From Lophium mytilinum (Eukaryota), in assembly GCA_010093605.1 (NCBI GenBank), contig MU004191.1:227397-291396 (forward strand): a DNA stretch of 64,000 bases, read 5' to 3'. Position numbers and translations under genes: made by a program. Every line of letters starts with the position of its first letter. Positions within the stretch are counted from its first letter, which is position 1. Positions 1-13,817 of the stretch are shown here, piece after piece. The notes under the pieces are model-generated. The model saw nothing but the letters and a program-made list of their open reading frames with translations. It searched no databases and was not told the DNA's origin.

Positions 1-2127
1 TGCTTGTTGAGGAGGCATGGCACTGGAAGGCGGTGGGTAATCTGCTGGATTGTACGGGGGGTATTGCTCTGGTGGTGGATACGGCTCTGTTGCTGCTCTG
101 GGCGGGGGAGGGAAGTAATTCGATTGGGGGAAATATGCATCGGGCTGTCCATTTGGCGGAGGAGGAGAGAAGCTGTCATTAGAGTAATTGGCTTCCTCAG
201 ATTGACCTAGAGCATTGTGAGCGAGTTACACGAGATATTAGTAAGTAGTGTAGAACATACGTCTCCGCTCCTCTTTCTCCGCCTTCTTCCTTTCCCGCCG
301 TTTCGCAGCTTCATGCGCAGCCACACCAGCAACACCAGCAACAGCGGCCGTTTCTGCTAGCTTTCTACTTCGACTCTTACTCCGGCTGCGGCTTGACCGA
401 CGTCGATCACCGTCTGATGAACTGGATGAGCCCCGATGTCTACCCCTATGGTCTGCTGGGTCGTCGTCGTAGCCACGGCTGCGAGACCGGCGCGAGTGGC
501 TACGCACGGGGGGGTCGGTATAGATTGGCTCACCACCGTACTCTACAAGGGCAGTGTCACTTGAAGTGCTATGTCTTCTGCCGGAGTGTACCGACCTGGA
601 CCTTGATCTTGATCGCGACCTCTCTAGCTTCTCCTCCTTCCTGGCTTTCTTCTTCTCGTACAATCCAGCGACGGCTGCTCCAGCGAGACCTGCTGCAGCG
701 ATAGGGACACCAGTCTTTACTCGGCTTCGACTCCGTGACTTTTTGCCCTTTCTGCTTCGTGACTTGCTTCGGGCACGTTCCACTAAGCCGGCAACGGCAG
801 CAGTAGCAAGGCCGGCTTGTGCAACACGACGATTGCGGTGTTCGGGATCTCGGTGCTTGCTGGACGACCTCTCTCTTTCAGTGTCGCTGACTGCGCTAAC
901 AGAGGATCTCCTGCGCCTCGATCTGCTTCGGCGGTCCTCCACGACTACCTTGTTCTTGTTGTTTCGGCTCACAGCGTATGCGAGAGCACCAGCGGCAGCA
1001 AGGGCAGCAACAGTGCCTAGCTTCTTGTTTCTCGACGAAGAGCGATGTCTGCGACCACGATCTCGAGATCCCGACCTAGAGCGTGATCTAGATCGTCGGA
1101 ATCGACTCACGGCTTCGGCACCGATTGCTCCCAAGGCACCGTAGCCAACGGTTTGCCGGATATGATGGCCTGGGTCTTCCCCTTGCTTCTTCCTGTGATG
1201 CCGCATCAACTGCGCGGCGGCCACACCACCGATGACACCTTCAGCTAGATGGCGCTTATGGTGAGGGCTGACGTCGCGCTCGCCCCAGGTATCACGTTCC
1301 TTACGGATAAAAACAATGTCGTCGTCGCTGTACGCTTCACGATCATCGTGGTGTCCACGCCGGTCGCGACCATATTCTCTCTCGTCGTAATATCGTTCCT
1401 CAGGTTTCCCGCCGCGATCCACTTCCTTGATCTTTCGCTCGTAGTAGTAATCTTCTTCCCTGCGTGGTTCTTCCCTGCGTGGTTCACGACGAACAACCTG
1501 GCGCTCCTCGGGCTCGGGCCGTTCGATGATCTCGTATTGTGGCTCTTCTCGCCTGACTATGATTTGTTGCCGGGCTGGCTCTTGTATGATGATGGGCTGT
1601 GGCACTTCTTGCCGGATGACGATAGGTTGAGCGGGTTCGGGTCTGGAGAAGTATTCGGTCGATTTTGAGTATCGTTCGAGCTCGTAGGGGCTCTTTTGTG
1701 GCTCTCTCTCCCATTCACGTTCAATACGATACTCTCTCACGGGTGGTGGAGACGGCGAGCGGTCGATCTCGCGCTCAATGCGGTACTCGCGGACTTCGCG
1801 GCGGGGAGGAGATGGCGAGCGCTCGAGCTCACGTTCGACGTAGCGATACTCGCGAACCTCTCGTGGAGCAGGCTCACGCTCGCGCTCGGTTTCGCGGATG
1901 TCGATGTACTCCCTGACCTCGCGAACGTCACGAGGCGGCGAGCGCTCTCGTTCGCGGACGATGCGGGTCTCCTTGACTTCTTCGTACTCTTCCTCATCGA
2001 AGTGCGAGTGGGACGACTTGTCAGGAATCTTGTAGCGCTTAACCGTGGTAAAAGTCTGTCCGCCGCCACGGGAGGAGACAGCGTCCCAGTCCCGCTCCCG
2101 TTCCCGTTCTCGGTAGATGGTCGACAT
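1..2127 (-). CDS. DUF3824-type RS/Arg-Glu-rich hypothetical protein, 3' end beyond window start
   Basis: 629-aa ORF with RSRS tracts and 'AAAGLAGAAVAGLYEKKK' blocks. Intron 260..207 (GTATGT...CTAG on minus). The spliced frame continues RQSEEANYSNDSFSPPPPNGQPDAYFPQSNYFPPP, a Pro-rich YFPPP tail as in fungal DUF3824 proteins. Family name is from recognition, not a search. Confidence 0.75.
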
Positions 2128-5100
2128 GACGGCGTGGAACCGTGGTTCAGTGGCAGAGGGTTGGAATCAGGGTCCGTTGCGCGACGTTGGGAAGATAAGA
2201 AGCTTGTGTCGGGATCTCCAGCTAGCCCACGGGTGTTTGAAGGATGAGAGGCTCGTTAGCTGGACCAGTTGCGACAATGGCGGGCGAGGCAGGCTGCAGA
2301 AGCAGATGACTTGCTGCGCCCAACTAGTGCGATGGAGGGGTTCTTCGGTGCGGGTGCGTCGGTGCAGGTGCGTAATGCCGATCTTTGCGCGGATGACTCG
2401 GTCTGACACAGCAACACGCACGAAGTGAGGATTGTTTCGAGGATGAAGGCTTGCTTGAGTGCTCGAGCAGTGAAGCGGCTTTGGGGTCCGGCGAGATTGA
2501 AAAGGACAGCAAGGCCGGCAAAACAGGAGGCGGGTCAGGCGCGACGAAGGCACTGCCAAGTTGGGATATCAGATGATGTCACCGGCTCTGCACAACCTCA
2601 CTTTTGCGTTGCTCACTCAGAGCCCTGCGCGGGGGACGAGGGGCCTGTTTCTTTATACACGGCCCGCCGCCTCGTTGAGGACACGACAGAACGCAGTGCT
2701 TCGCCGCCAGACGCAGCCCAACTGCCGCCGCGCTGGAGATGCCCACGGGAAGGCGGGCGGCCGGTGGACTGGCATGGGCCCTGCGCAGCTATCTACACTG
2801 CAACCTGTCCCTAATGTGCCAACACCACACCCAGCACGAGGCCACCCCGTCCGGTTGGTACACCTCTCTTTGCCACACTTATTTCACCGGCTGTCTCGAC
2901 TGTCTTGAGCAAAACCGTCGAGCTGCATAGCCACGCAGACGGTGAAATCAGAGCACGGGCCACATCACCGGTCCATATGGCTTCCCTTTTTTACGCCTCC
3001 CAAACGGGGCACAGTCATCGGCTCTGCTGCCTGCGCATGAGGGGGAAGAATCCTGCCCGTGGCTTAGTTGTCTTTGAAACCGGCCCATCCCGCGGTGACC
3101 CATCCCACTGATTGACCGGCATGATTGCCAGGGTCACAAGGCTGGAAGCTGGCCTGGTGGGATCTGGCGGTTCGCATCGATCCTATTCACCCTTCCGCAG
3201 CCTTATCCAATCGACATCTAGAACCATTCGTCTAAAGTGTGATCGCTTGTGTTGCTTACCCGAACCGTATAATAGTTAGGCGGCCCGCACATTGTGTCGG
3301 TGAATTCTCCAGTCCCAACAGTATCACGGTTGAGCGAATAGTCGACCTAACACTGGGCCGACACGCATACTCAGTTGATGCCATGACGGCATGGCGTCCT
3401 TAAGACCCCTCTGATCGTTTACTCTTCGAGAAATGTGTGCGCTTCTTAGGTTGCGAGCGCGAAATGCAAGCTAGAGTGGTGGTGGGAAGAAGCCTGCAGT
3501 GACTAGACAAACATGCAGCCTCGTGCTTCCGGTGACTGCAGTGGTACCCAGGCTGACGCAGAAAAGACCACACTCCGGAAGTGTGGCCGACGTACCAGGG
3601 ATATATGACCGGTCGGTCTTCCTACTGGTAGCAATTCAGGTACTCAAGAGAACTTACGTCCGGATTAGGGTTGATATACACACCTTTAGCAACCAACCGG
3701 TCCCAAGAGCTTTTAGTTGATATAACACCAGAATCAGGCAACCAGCAAACATCGTCTATGTTGCATCGGCCTTAGGCTCAAACACGTTCTGCAACAAGCG
3801 CGCTCGGAGTTTGCTTAACTGAAAGTGCTTTCGTGGCGTGCATGCTCAGCTCACTGGGTGGTACTCGGAACATGGCCTTAGTGCATGTATCAAGCCATCA
3901 ACCATAATAATCCTGTGCTCCAATGTGGGGGAGATGTGGCGTGGATGTGTTGTACTTCACTATGCCACGAGGTACAAAGGTACGAGGTCAACACGAATAG
4001 ATCTATGACCCCCAGATCCATGACCTCTGCGTGAATTTTTCTCGGCGTGGTCTCATGATGGACGTTCTTGTCGTTCATACGTGAAGCGGGAAAATGCGTC
4101 TGAATATGTGATATTCGAAATCGTCAAGATAAAATCTCCGTCAGTCGTTTGGTAGTGCTAAAACCTAGACTATTCTTTCGGTACACTCCATAGGAAGGCA
4201 TCCTCTAGAACAACGCTCCGACGTGCTCTACCAATCGTCCCAGATCAACGTGTTGTCTGCATAGACACGGCTCTGTCCTTTCTTTCCAAAAATCTAGAGG
4301 ACGCATCAAAATACAAGGTTTTGCACACCTGCTAAAGATGAGGCGCAGCAAATAAATCTAATAGTAGGTATCCTGGGGTACATGGCGCCGTGTGCAAGGT
4401 CGCTCAAGCCTACGAAGCCATCCACTATTTGCTGACTTGGTTCTTTTTTCGGGTCGGCTGCCTCGATCTTGACCTCTGCTCCAGAGTGCCTCTGCCTCGA
4501 ACTTCAAGTATACAATTAAATTGAAGATCGTAGAGTGTGGGCTTGAAAACACGACAAGCTGCAGTCTGTAGATACGTGACAGCATTGATGATAGACTGGA
4601 GGCGACTTGGTAGAGAGTGCAAGTGATGTCAAGAGAAGCACAAAGAAGGGTGACATGGGCTTTACACTGCCTGTATCTCCATCGCGGAAGCACTTCAGCC
4701 TCGACTCCGTCATCCTGGCAGTCGGGACCGAGTAGCTTTACACAGTCGCACCGTTCGGGGCGGACCCTGGCGTACCTGTGCTATGTATAGTCAGCTGCGA
4801 GCCAGCGACACTTGAAGTCATGTTTGATAGAGCATGACAGCGACCAGGGCGCAGAGATTGCCGTGGACGTAAGTAGCAGAGAGACGGAGTTTCAGAGGCG
4901 CGATTATTACAGCTGATGAAAAGGAGACGCATGATGCTGCCCCTGAATGATGAAGAGGCGTCATGGCGGGAGAGAAAGCTCGGCAAGACGGCAGCCGGCA
5001 GGGGGAGAGCGGGAAGCCAAGGACGCCAAGGGCGAATTGGGATGGGTCACTGCAGCGGGTTGCCAGCGGGCGAAAAGGAGACCCTTCACGGCTTCACGGC

Positions 5101-5739
5101 TGCAGAGTGCTTCACGGCTCTTGAAGTCGGAGGCTCTATATGGCAGCGATGACGCTTAAGTTGCACCAAGATAAGATTCCCCGCCCCTGCGATCAACTCT
5201 CGTATCCAGGCGGGAGGCACAACGGCGTTCATCACGGCTCCAAACGGGCAGCTCAAGAACGCCGCCTCTCCGCACTGCGCAGGTGCTGGAATTCGGCCCC
5301 TGTGCGGCGTCCAGGGCTGGCAAGGGGCTCTGCTGTGAATGGCGGGCTGCTTGCTCGCGCGGCGCCTCATCTAAGTCCGGCCACGCTATTCAGCAAAGCC
5401 TCCAAGCCTCTCTCCACCGACGGGGGGACCACCGCGTTCCCCTTCTCGCCTTGGCTTGACCGCGTGCCTCATCCTTATTATTCGTCGTCGTCGTCGCCGT
5501 CGTCCTGAGCGCCTCCCTTCCTCCTCCCACGCCATCTTACCCTCCTTCTGTCCTCTCTCTGTCCAAACACGCTGCTATTGTGCAGGAGTCAATATTTGGA
5601 TGCTTCTGCCGAGCCTATTTATGAACCGCTCCTTTGAACTGCGCCCCCGCCGCAATCGCTACATCTTATAATCAGGGCATCTGCGTGCTTGTTTGTTCCT
5701 TCGCCCGACTGCTATTATTCCTACTAGACTTCCTCCGCC

Positions 5740-7206
5740 ATGCCTCCACGCGACGCAAACTGGGTCGATGTAAGCCTCTCCACCGCGGGAATCCTGGGCT
5801 CGCGTCGTCCCGCCTGAGGATGAGACAGCAGATCACCGCTGACATCGGCATTCACAGGGCTTTCGAGGCATCGCATCCTTCATGGTCGTCTGCGGTCACC
5901 TCTGCACCGCCTTCGTCCCGTGGCTCCACGCTCCTGCACACTCGGCCACCGAGGCGCCGCACCTCTTCCAACTCCCCTTCTTCCGTCTCGCCGTTGGAGG
6001 CCGCAGCGCCGTGGCTATATTCTTCCTTATAACAGGCTATGTTAACTCAATTGGTCCAATTGCGAGATCGAGGTCCGGCAACACCGAGGCCGCCTTGTCA
6101 GGGTTGGCGAGGAGCACCTTGGCTCGGTCAGGAAGGCTAGTCCTCCCAACCATGGTTGCGACCCTGATTACCTGGTTCCTGGCAAACATAAATGCCTACC
6201 ACATGACTAAACATGTGGATTCGACCTGGATTCGCCAAGGCTGGCATCGCCAGGAGCCCACTCTGTACAAAATGTTTACCAGTCTGGTGCGGGCAGAAGT
6301 TGGGACCTGGACAACGGGATGGGACGAATACGACGGCACCCAATGGACTCTACAGCTTTTCCTGGAGGGCAGCATGATGGTCTACCTGACTATGCTAGCG
6401 ACAGTTCTAATTAAACCACGCGCTAGGAAACTAGTATTTGCCGTGCTCTACGTTTATTGCTGGATTTCAGGCCAAGGTACGTTTGAAGAGGCCGAGTAGC
6501 TCCCTCTAATCGCATTGTACTGACTTGTGCAGGCCTTTCTATTGGACCCCTGAAAAGTTTGAACATCATTACTGGCATGTTTCTAGCGGAACTGCAAAAC
6601 GAGTACAAAGACGCAGCCACTAGCATGATTCCAGCTCCCATTCCCGCCCTCATGATCATATTTGGAATGTTCATGTCCAGCTACCCGCAAGATGCCCCGG
6701 AGCGCGCTGCCTGGTCCAACCACATGTGCAAATTCATGCACCACTTCACTCCCAAGGATGCCGACGTCCGCCGATACTGGGACTCCTTAGGCGCATCGAC
6801 TGTCCTTTTCGGAATCTTCTTCTCTAGGAACGCTCGAAAAGTGCTCACTTCTCCAGTATTCAACTTCTTGGGACGGGTCAGCTTCCCAGTCTACCTCATG
6901 CACAACACTCTCATCAAATCTGTTCTGACGTGGATGGTATACCTGCCCTCTGCCATGAATCCTCCACGCAACGCGAAGGGCGAGCAAATGGATCTGCAGC
7001 GCGGCTCCACCATGCACATTTTCATTGCTGTTGGAATCTTCTACTACATTCTTTACCGCCTCGCATCGCTCTGGGTCCAGTACATCGATCCAGCCTGCGG
7101 CAGAGTTGTGAATGCTTTCACCAAGTGGGCAACCGGAGACCCTCCTACCCACAACGGACACGCCATCGGCAATGGACATGCGGAAAAGCCAGTGCTGCTG
7201 CAATAA
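5740..7206 (+). CDS. Acyltransferase family 3 (OafA/Acyl_transf_3) membrane O-acyltransferase
   Basis: Exons 5740-5769, 5858-6476, 6533-7206. Introns are GTAAGC..CAG and GTACGT..CAG. Splicing gives MPPRDANWVDGFRGIASFMVVCGH (DGxRGxA motif), then AVAIFFLITGY, QWTL and FLGRVSFPVYLMH, with multiple TM segments. Confidence 0.9.
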
Positions 7207-8620
7207 ACATGACAGAAGGAAAGTTAAGAGAACTACTCCCAAATCTGAAGCTGGGACTGGACTCTACAGCACGCAGGGGAATTCGCCATTTGATGAACCA
7301 CGACATTACTTCTTCTAATCTGATCCGGGATTCGCCCGGCCCACCAGCTTTTACGGAACAATCCGCCGCGTCGCTGATATGCAAGCATGCATGACGACAA
7401 ATGTCTATAATTTTTCCTCAAAACTTCTTGGATTATCTAGAAGCTCGGAGTCACGGAGGAGGAACGTTGATTCTGAATACCCGATCTCCAATTTCATTTC
7501 AAGCTTTTGCGCATCTGTGGAGAGAAGGACAACCTCTCCCATTGATTCTGTCAAAAATCGTCATATTCTTGTGTATTGTCTTTTGGTTCGAATAGCAAGA
7601 ATAGTCGGATATTCAGACTAAAGCTCGCGCCCAGTTTAGCCACTGCTAATTTCGTTTCCATCCGCATTTTTTGCATCCTGAGGAGTATTGGGAAAGGCTG
7701 GCGAACAAGTGATTTGGTAGCCACAACATATCAATATATCCATCATAAACTATCAAATCATAGTCAACATGCCGCTCCTTGCTAAAATGGACAGACTAGG
7801 TCTTCACACAGCCTACCATGTTACTACCAATCAGACCACGTAAGTATTACAGTCCTCGCAAGTCTGGACCTGCTTACGAAGGTACAAACCATGTTTGACT
7901 ATCAAACCACAAAATGCATCCCTCACACAAAGCTAGATTGTCCGATCTTTCGTGCCCTTCTCATTCCACGCCGCGTCATCACTACAACATTCCAAAATCT
8001 TGCACCACCTCGCTAGTGGCAGACGGGTGCGACACTGGCCCGTATCTGGAACCACGCCGCCTTCTTTTGTGTTTCATGTTCCGCTGACTGCTGAGCCACG
8101 GGCCGCAGCTACCTTACCTAGCGGGGGTGGCTTAGAATGACGGTGGCTTAGTGCTATAATAGTAGGTATATTTCTAAGACATGGCGGGAGGGAGGATCAT
8201 GCTAGACGCAAGGCTAGTTGCGCAGCAGGTAACTTATCAACGTGGTCTAACTCTTTCGAAAATAAGGCTTCCACCAGCACTCCAGCTACGAGATTTGAGT
8301 AGAAGGGACTTCGATTAGCTTGTGGGTCTTGGCGCTGTATTCAGTATGCCTGTCTACTGTATCCACGTACCTCCTTAGTGATCCTGCTCACACACTCGCT
8401 GACTGTTACAACGATCCCCGCTCTCGTATAATTTTAATGTATAATCAAGTCCCCTAAGTGCACATATCCTAAACACATCCTTAACACCACAACAAGCCTA
8501 GCACAGGTGTACGGCGTGCACAAACATGGGTCTAAGCTATCTCTACTCGGGTTCTCCCATATATCCATACGCAGTCGTCCCAGTAGCTACTACACCAGGC
8601 TAACATTATCACACAGCGTG

Positions 8621-10700
8621 CCTGTTACACTACATCAACCCCTCTAAAGACAAAAAGTAGAAAAACGAACCGGAATCGTCCACGCTGCGTAGTTACTTTC
8701 TATCCCATTACCGCAGCTCCTAGATCAGACCAACGTCGCTAGGCTTATAGAAAACTGGCGAAGCACCTCCGCTTCCGGATTTAGTTGCCTGGTTACAAGT
8801 TCTAACGGATTTAACCGTGTAGGTGGAAGTTTGGTAGACGCAGAGGAGTACGCGGCGTGCCCCTTTTCAACCCTTTTTCACAAGCTGGAAGCAATGGGGC
8901 CTAGATTAGGACCTATTTAAGAGGTTTAAATGAAGCTGTTAGAGTACCTCTGCTTATGAGATCCGAAGTTCGGTTACAAGTTCTAACGGATTCAACCGCG
9001 TACATGGAAGTTAAGTGGATGCGGAGGGGTAGGCGGTGTGCTTTTTTACTGCGTATCTATAGCTCTTAGATCGGGCTCAATTCTAACTAGATTTTCCTAG
9101 GCCTAGAAGAGAATGCTAAAGTGCCCCCCGGTATCAAGATAGTGGTCTACTTACAAGTTCTCACGGAATTAGCCGTGTGAAATAGGCCTTCGTGGATGTG
9201 GAGGGCACACAGAGGGTGCGCGGTATGGGGTTTTCTTGCTACTTTTCTACGCCTTTTAAATCGAGTTGACGTTCTCGATGAAAGTGCGTCGCAGCTGAAG
9301 CACCTCCACTATCTTGTAACAACTGTTGGTTACTTCTTTTCACATATTCAACTGCGTGAAACCAATCTTATAAGACGCAAAGGGTACGCTGCGTAGTTAC
9401 TTCTAACTACTTTTCTACACCCTCTAAATCAGCTTACCTTTCTAAAGTAAAGTAAAAGTAGCTAAGACACCTCCGCTAAATGGTAGCAACAATCGGTTAC
9501 TTTTTGTTACAGAATCAACCTTGTGATACAACTTTCCATAGCCATTTTCCCATCCGTTTTTCACGGGTTGTGGATCAGCTCATCGCAAAAAGGTCTTCCA
9601 GGAGCCTGCTGAAGCTCCTCCGTTGATTTCTTGCTCGCCCAGTTACAAGTTCTTACAGAATTGACCGCGCAGCTGAAGTATTTGGTAGACGCCGCGTACC
9701 CTTGTCATCCTTTTCCCGCAGCTCCTGAATCAGCTTAATGGAAAAGGGCTTCTTAAGAACCGGCTGAAGCTCCTCCGCCAATCTCTCACCTATCCGGTTA
9801 CAAGTTCTCACGGAATGAACCGCGTAGCCGAGAAATTTGGTAGACGCCGCGTACCTTTTTCATCCTTTTTCCGCAACTCCCAAATCAGCTTATTGGAAAA
9901 TAGTTTCTTAAGAACCTGTCGAAGCCCCGCTCTATGAATATTTCACTCTTCTAGTTACAAGTTCTTGCGGAATTATCCGTGTCGCTGAAATATTTAGTAC
10001 ACGCCGCGTACCATTTTCATCCTTTTTCCGCAGCTCCTAAATCAGCTTAATGGAGAAAGGTTTCTTAAGAACCTGCGGAAGCCCCCTCTGTCAATATCTC
10101 ACTCTTTCAATTACAAGCTTTCACAGAATTAACCGTGTAGCGACATGTTTGGTAGACGTCGCGGACCCTTTTCCATAGCTCCTAAATCAGCTCATAGGAA
10201 AAAGATTTCTCAAGAACCTACTGAAGCCCCTCTAGCAACGTCTTAATCTCCCAGTTACAACTTGTCACGGAATCAACCGCGTGGCGAAAGATTTCATAGA
10301 CGCCGCGTACCCTCTTCGTCCATATAAAGTAGTCCCTTCCAACCCCTTTCCTACAGCTCCTAAAGCAGCTCGTCGTTAATAAGCTCTAGGAGAAGCTACT
10401 GAAGCCCCTCTAACAACGTCTCCCTGTCCTAGTTACAAGTTTTCACAAAACTAACCATGTAGCGAAGTATTTACTAAACACTGCGTTCCACCTAACGTAG
10501 CCCTTCCCACCCCTTTTCCACGGCTCCTGAATCAGTCTATCGACTAAGGACTCTAAGAAAGCCTACTGAAACCCCTCTGACAGTGTCTCATCGTTTCAGT
10601 TACAAGTTTTCACAGAATCAACCGTGCAGCGGAGTATCTTTCAGACACCGCGTGCTACCTAACGTAGCCCTTCCCCATCCCATTTCCACAGCTCCTAAAC
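8621..10700. repeat. Degenerate non-coding tandem array, about 13 units of 144-181 bp
   Basis: The anchor GTTAC(AAGTT) recurs with TTAC at 8625, 8793, 8974, 9151, 9330, 9497, 9643, 9798, 9955, 10111, 10255, 10433 and 10600. Other shared blocks: CACGGAATYAACCGYGT, TAGACGCCGCGTACC, CAGCTCCTRAATCAGCT, CTGAAGCYCCTC. Confidence 0.9.
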
Positions 10701-11699
10701 ATTTTGAGTTCTTACGGACCAGCGCTGTGCAGACGGACGTCTGATAAACCCCGGAGGGGTTACGCGGCGGGGGACCTGGGAAGCGGGTTGGTTACGGTGG
10801 GCTTGAATCGGACGCTTGGTTCTCCGTAACGGGTGGGATGCGGGTGTACGGCTTCTAGATTTGAGGTTGATAGATTGCAAGGGGTTGTTTAGTATTTCGT
10901 TTCGGGGCAATGCCTGTGGTTAGAGGGGTGGCCAATTGCGAAGGGGTAAAAGGACTGCCAATGGGAGATGCAGCTATGAGACGGAGAGAACGAATTGAGT
11001 GCTTGGCGGCTGCGGGTAGCGGCACCAAAGGTTGGAAATGCGAGGGGAGAAGGCGCAGGATGCGATCTAGGATCAGAGCTTGTCTTAGTGTAAGGTGGCA
11101 TAGCGAGCCGTAGTGAAGGCCGGAGTGTGGAGAATCCTCGTGCTGTCGGAAAGTGCAGAGCTCATTTGGGAGCATTGGCCTGTGTTGTTCAAGTAACGAA
11201 AGGCGGCATGATATGCAACGTGGCGATGTATGTGGTAATGATAGCAGGGTAAGGGGAAAAGCTTTAGGTAATGGAATCAGAAAAACATGACGTTAGAGGT
11301 TGAATGAAGATTAGCAGGAGAGTTTCAGTGGAGAACAGCAAGGAGGTGCGTGTCAAGCACATGACTTGTCCAACCCTTGAGTTCACGATGAACCTAGTCG
11401 CTTCGTATTTTTCTATCCGAAATGTTAATGTAAACTTGATGTTGAACTGGCCGTATCCATGCTCCTGAGGGTATCTTCTCTTCTCTAAATATGCCCGATG
11501 TGGTACTACTCGCTTGCGCTGTCCGCTCCTGCATCAATCTAAATGCTTCTTCGTGGGAATAGAAAGACCCGATGATCACTAAAAAGACTCCTTGATGATT
11601 AAATGCCGTGACGCCGTTCGTATGGTATAACGCTAATGAGAATGCCAAAATGCCGCCAATGGCTATATGTATATCGAGATAGTTTGGTATCGATGTTGC

Positions 11700-13817
11700 T
11701 CAAGCGTAATCGCTGAGTATTTCTTCCGGGTCCTCGGCTGGAAGCATGTCTAGGAGGTCTTTTGTGCGTGGACCGGTATATTTGCTAAGGAAATGTCAAC
11801 ATCTCTTCCAGTGGGAATGGAAACGGCAGTGCACTTACTTCTTTGCCCCCATGAACCACCAGGACATGCTGAATATAGCAATGAAACTAGCCACACAGAT
11901 GGCGTAGTTCATATTGGCAGCCGTAACTGGCTTGATGGTAGGGAGGAATAGAATGATACTGATGAAGATAACCCATGAGACTGCGATCGCGTTGATCGGT
12001 TTGCTCCATTTCCCTAGACTATATGGACCTTCGATGAACTGGACTCTGTTCTCGTAGACCCGATGGGCAATTATGACCGCAATGTAGCTGAGATCCAGAG
12101 CAGGGGCCGTGATGTTAAAGATGGAGACAATGGTCAATGTGCTGCCAATCCCAATCAGGGTAAGGCAGGTACAGAAAAGGACGACAAGCCAAACAGCATT
12201 GACGGGCGTATGGGTATGGCGGCTGACCTTGCTCCAGAACCTAATTATTGATTAGCATCTTGGCTTGGCTCGAAAGGAGTAAAGCATCCATACCCTGAAA
12301 ATGGAATTGCCTCATCGCGAGCAAATGCATATGCCATCCTTGCGTTTGCGAGCATGGCAGAGCAACCGGTAAAGAACTGGACTAGGATGACGAAACACCA
12401 CATCACGGTGCCTCCGGTCCTACCACCTGCATTGAGGAAGATTTGCGCAACAGGCAGCCCTGTGGGTGAAGTCATGACTCCTTCATAATCTGACATGCAG
12501 AAGCAGAAGGTCACGGTCAACATCCAGCCGACGACTCCAGATACGAGGACTGCCGCCCTAATCGCCACAGGGCCGCGAATTGCTGCATCGTGTGTTTCTT
12601 CCGACATGCTGAAGGGGTGTTATGTCAGACTTGCTTACTTGCATGAACAGGGGTAGGAGCTCACTGTGTTGTCCCATCATAGTCGGTCATCGTCCATGCA
12701 ACCGACAAAAATCTAACAAGGTTAGCGATCTGTTTATCGGTGAGAGACGTCTTGTCATTACCCAAGGAGGAAAGAAAAGCCTTTGTTGCCCCAGCCTGTA
12801 CCATCAGTGACTTCCGTGAATACCCACTTAGCACTCTGCTTCTTAGGGGTCAAAACCAGAAGAGCGATACATATGCTGATTGAAGCAATAACTGCAGGGT
12901 TTGTCAGAAGTAAGTAGGTAAAAGGTACAAGAAGAGACTAACCATTGATTGGAGCGAACCATATAACAATCCTGTGCAACCATCTCGTGGTCAGCGAGCA
13001 GATGATGCCAAATATGCATAGGATCAAGATGGTAAGTAGCACGGTCTGTAAGGCGGTTCTGTGAAGTTGTGTGAGATGGTGAAGAACTGATAAGGGGGTC
13101 TGATTCATACGGTGTGAAGGAGTATGTTCCATCCACGTAAGATGAATTCATAACGGCGGCTGCAAGAATCATCTGCGCGACGGTGTATGTCACGCTGGCC
13201 ACGCCTGCGGCCTGACCGAGCAAGTTGCACCACCCGATAACCCAGGCCCAGATGGCTATGTGCTCAGGCGGCACGACGTGTTTCGTGACAAAATACATGC
13301 CACCGGCGGTGGGATACGCGGATACCAATTCAGCCACTGTGAATATCAGTACCAAGGAGATGACTTTAGAAGTACAAAGGCTACGTACCCGAGCTGGCTA
13401 TGCACATAGCCATGACGCTCCCGATGAACCATGCCCATACCGCGGTTGCTGGTCCTCCGGCATTGATAGGGCTACCGAACGTGGCAGGGACGGAGCCCAG
13501 CACACCTAGAATGGAAATGGCATAGGAGACTGTAGACCACTTGTTGAATTCTCGTCTGAGTTCCTAAGATGTGTCAATTGCTACAGGATCTAGCGCGGGA
13601 AGCAGAAGTTACGAACTTGCTTGTAGCCTATCCGCGCAAGCAGACGCTCGTCATCGTCTTGAATTGTCGCCATCGGCCGTGAGCCTTGCGGTCGAGATGT
13701 AGCTTCGGCTTCTTTTTGCGATGTTTTGGAGTCGGTGTGAGCCAATGGCGGCGGTTGCGCCGCAGAAGCCGGCTGTTTCTCCGAGATAGAAGGTTGGAGG
13801 GGTTGACTGTTCGCCAT
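11700..13817 (-). CDS. APC-superfamily amino acid/GABA/polyamine/choline permease (ACT family, UGA4/TPO5/HNM1-like), multi-exon
   Basis: DDDERLLARIGYKQ|ELRREFNKWSTVSYAISILGVLGSVPATF (intron 13616..13564), AELVSAYPTAGGMYF, MSEETHDAAIRGP, ARMAYAFARDEAIPFS, GPYSLGKWSKPIN. Last exon KYTGPRTKDLLDMLPAEDPEEILSDYA*, stop at 11700-11702. Confidence 0.92.

Noticed and set aside
393..2247. Plus-strand ORFs of 100-196 aa overlapping the DUF3824 gene; similar shadow ORFs occur over VID27, APL2 and TPS1
   Set aside because: Antisense or alternative-frame shadows of GC-rich real genes.
2130..5700. Many 60-130 aa ORFs in the long intergenic regions (also 13950-16400)
   Set aside because: No domain similarity, splice structure or codon pattern. 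Consistent with chance ORFs in GC-rich DNA.
8621..10700. CRISPR-like array or repeat-protein coding sequence
   Set aside because: The context is eukaryotic. The sequence between anchors is homologous from unit to unit rather than unique spacers. Unit lengths are mostly not multiples of 3, and no consistent splice donors were found.
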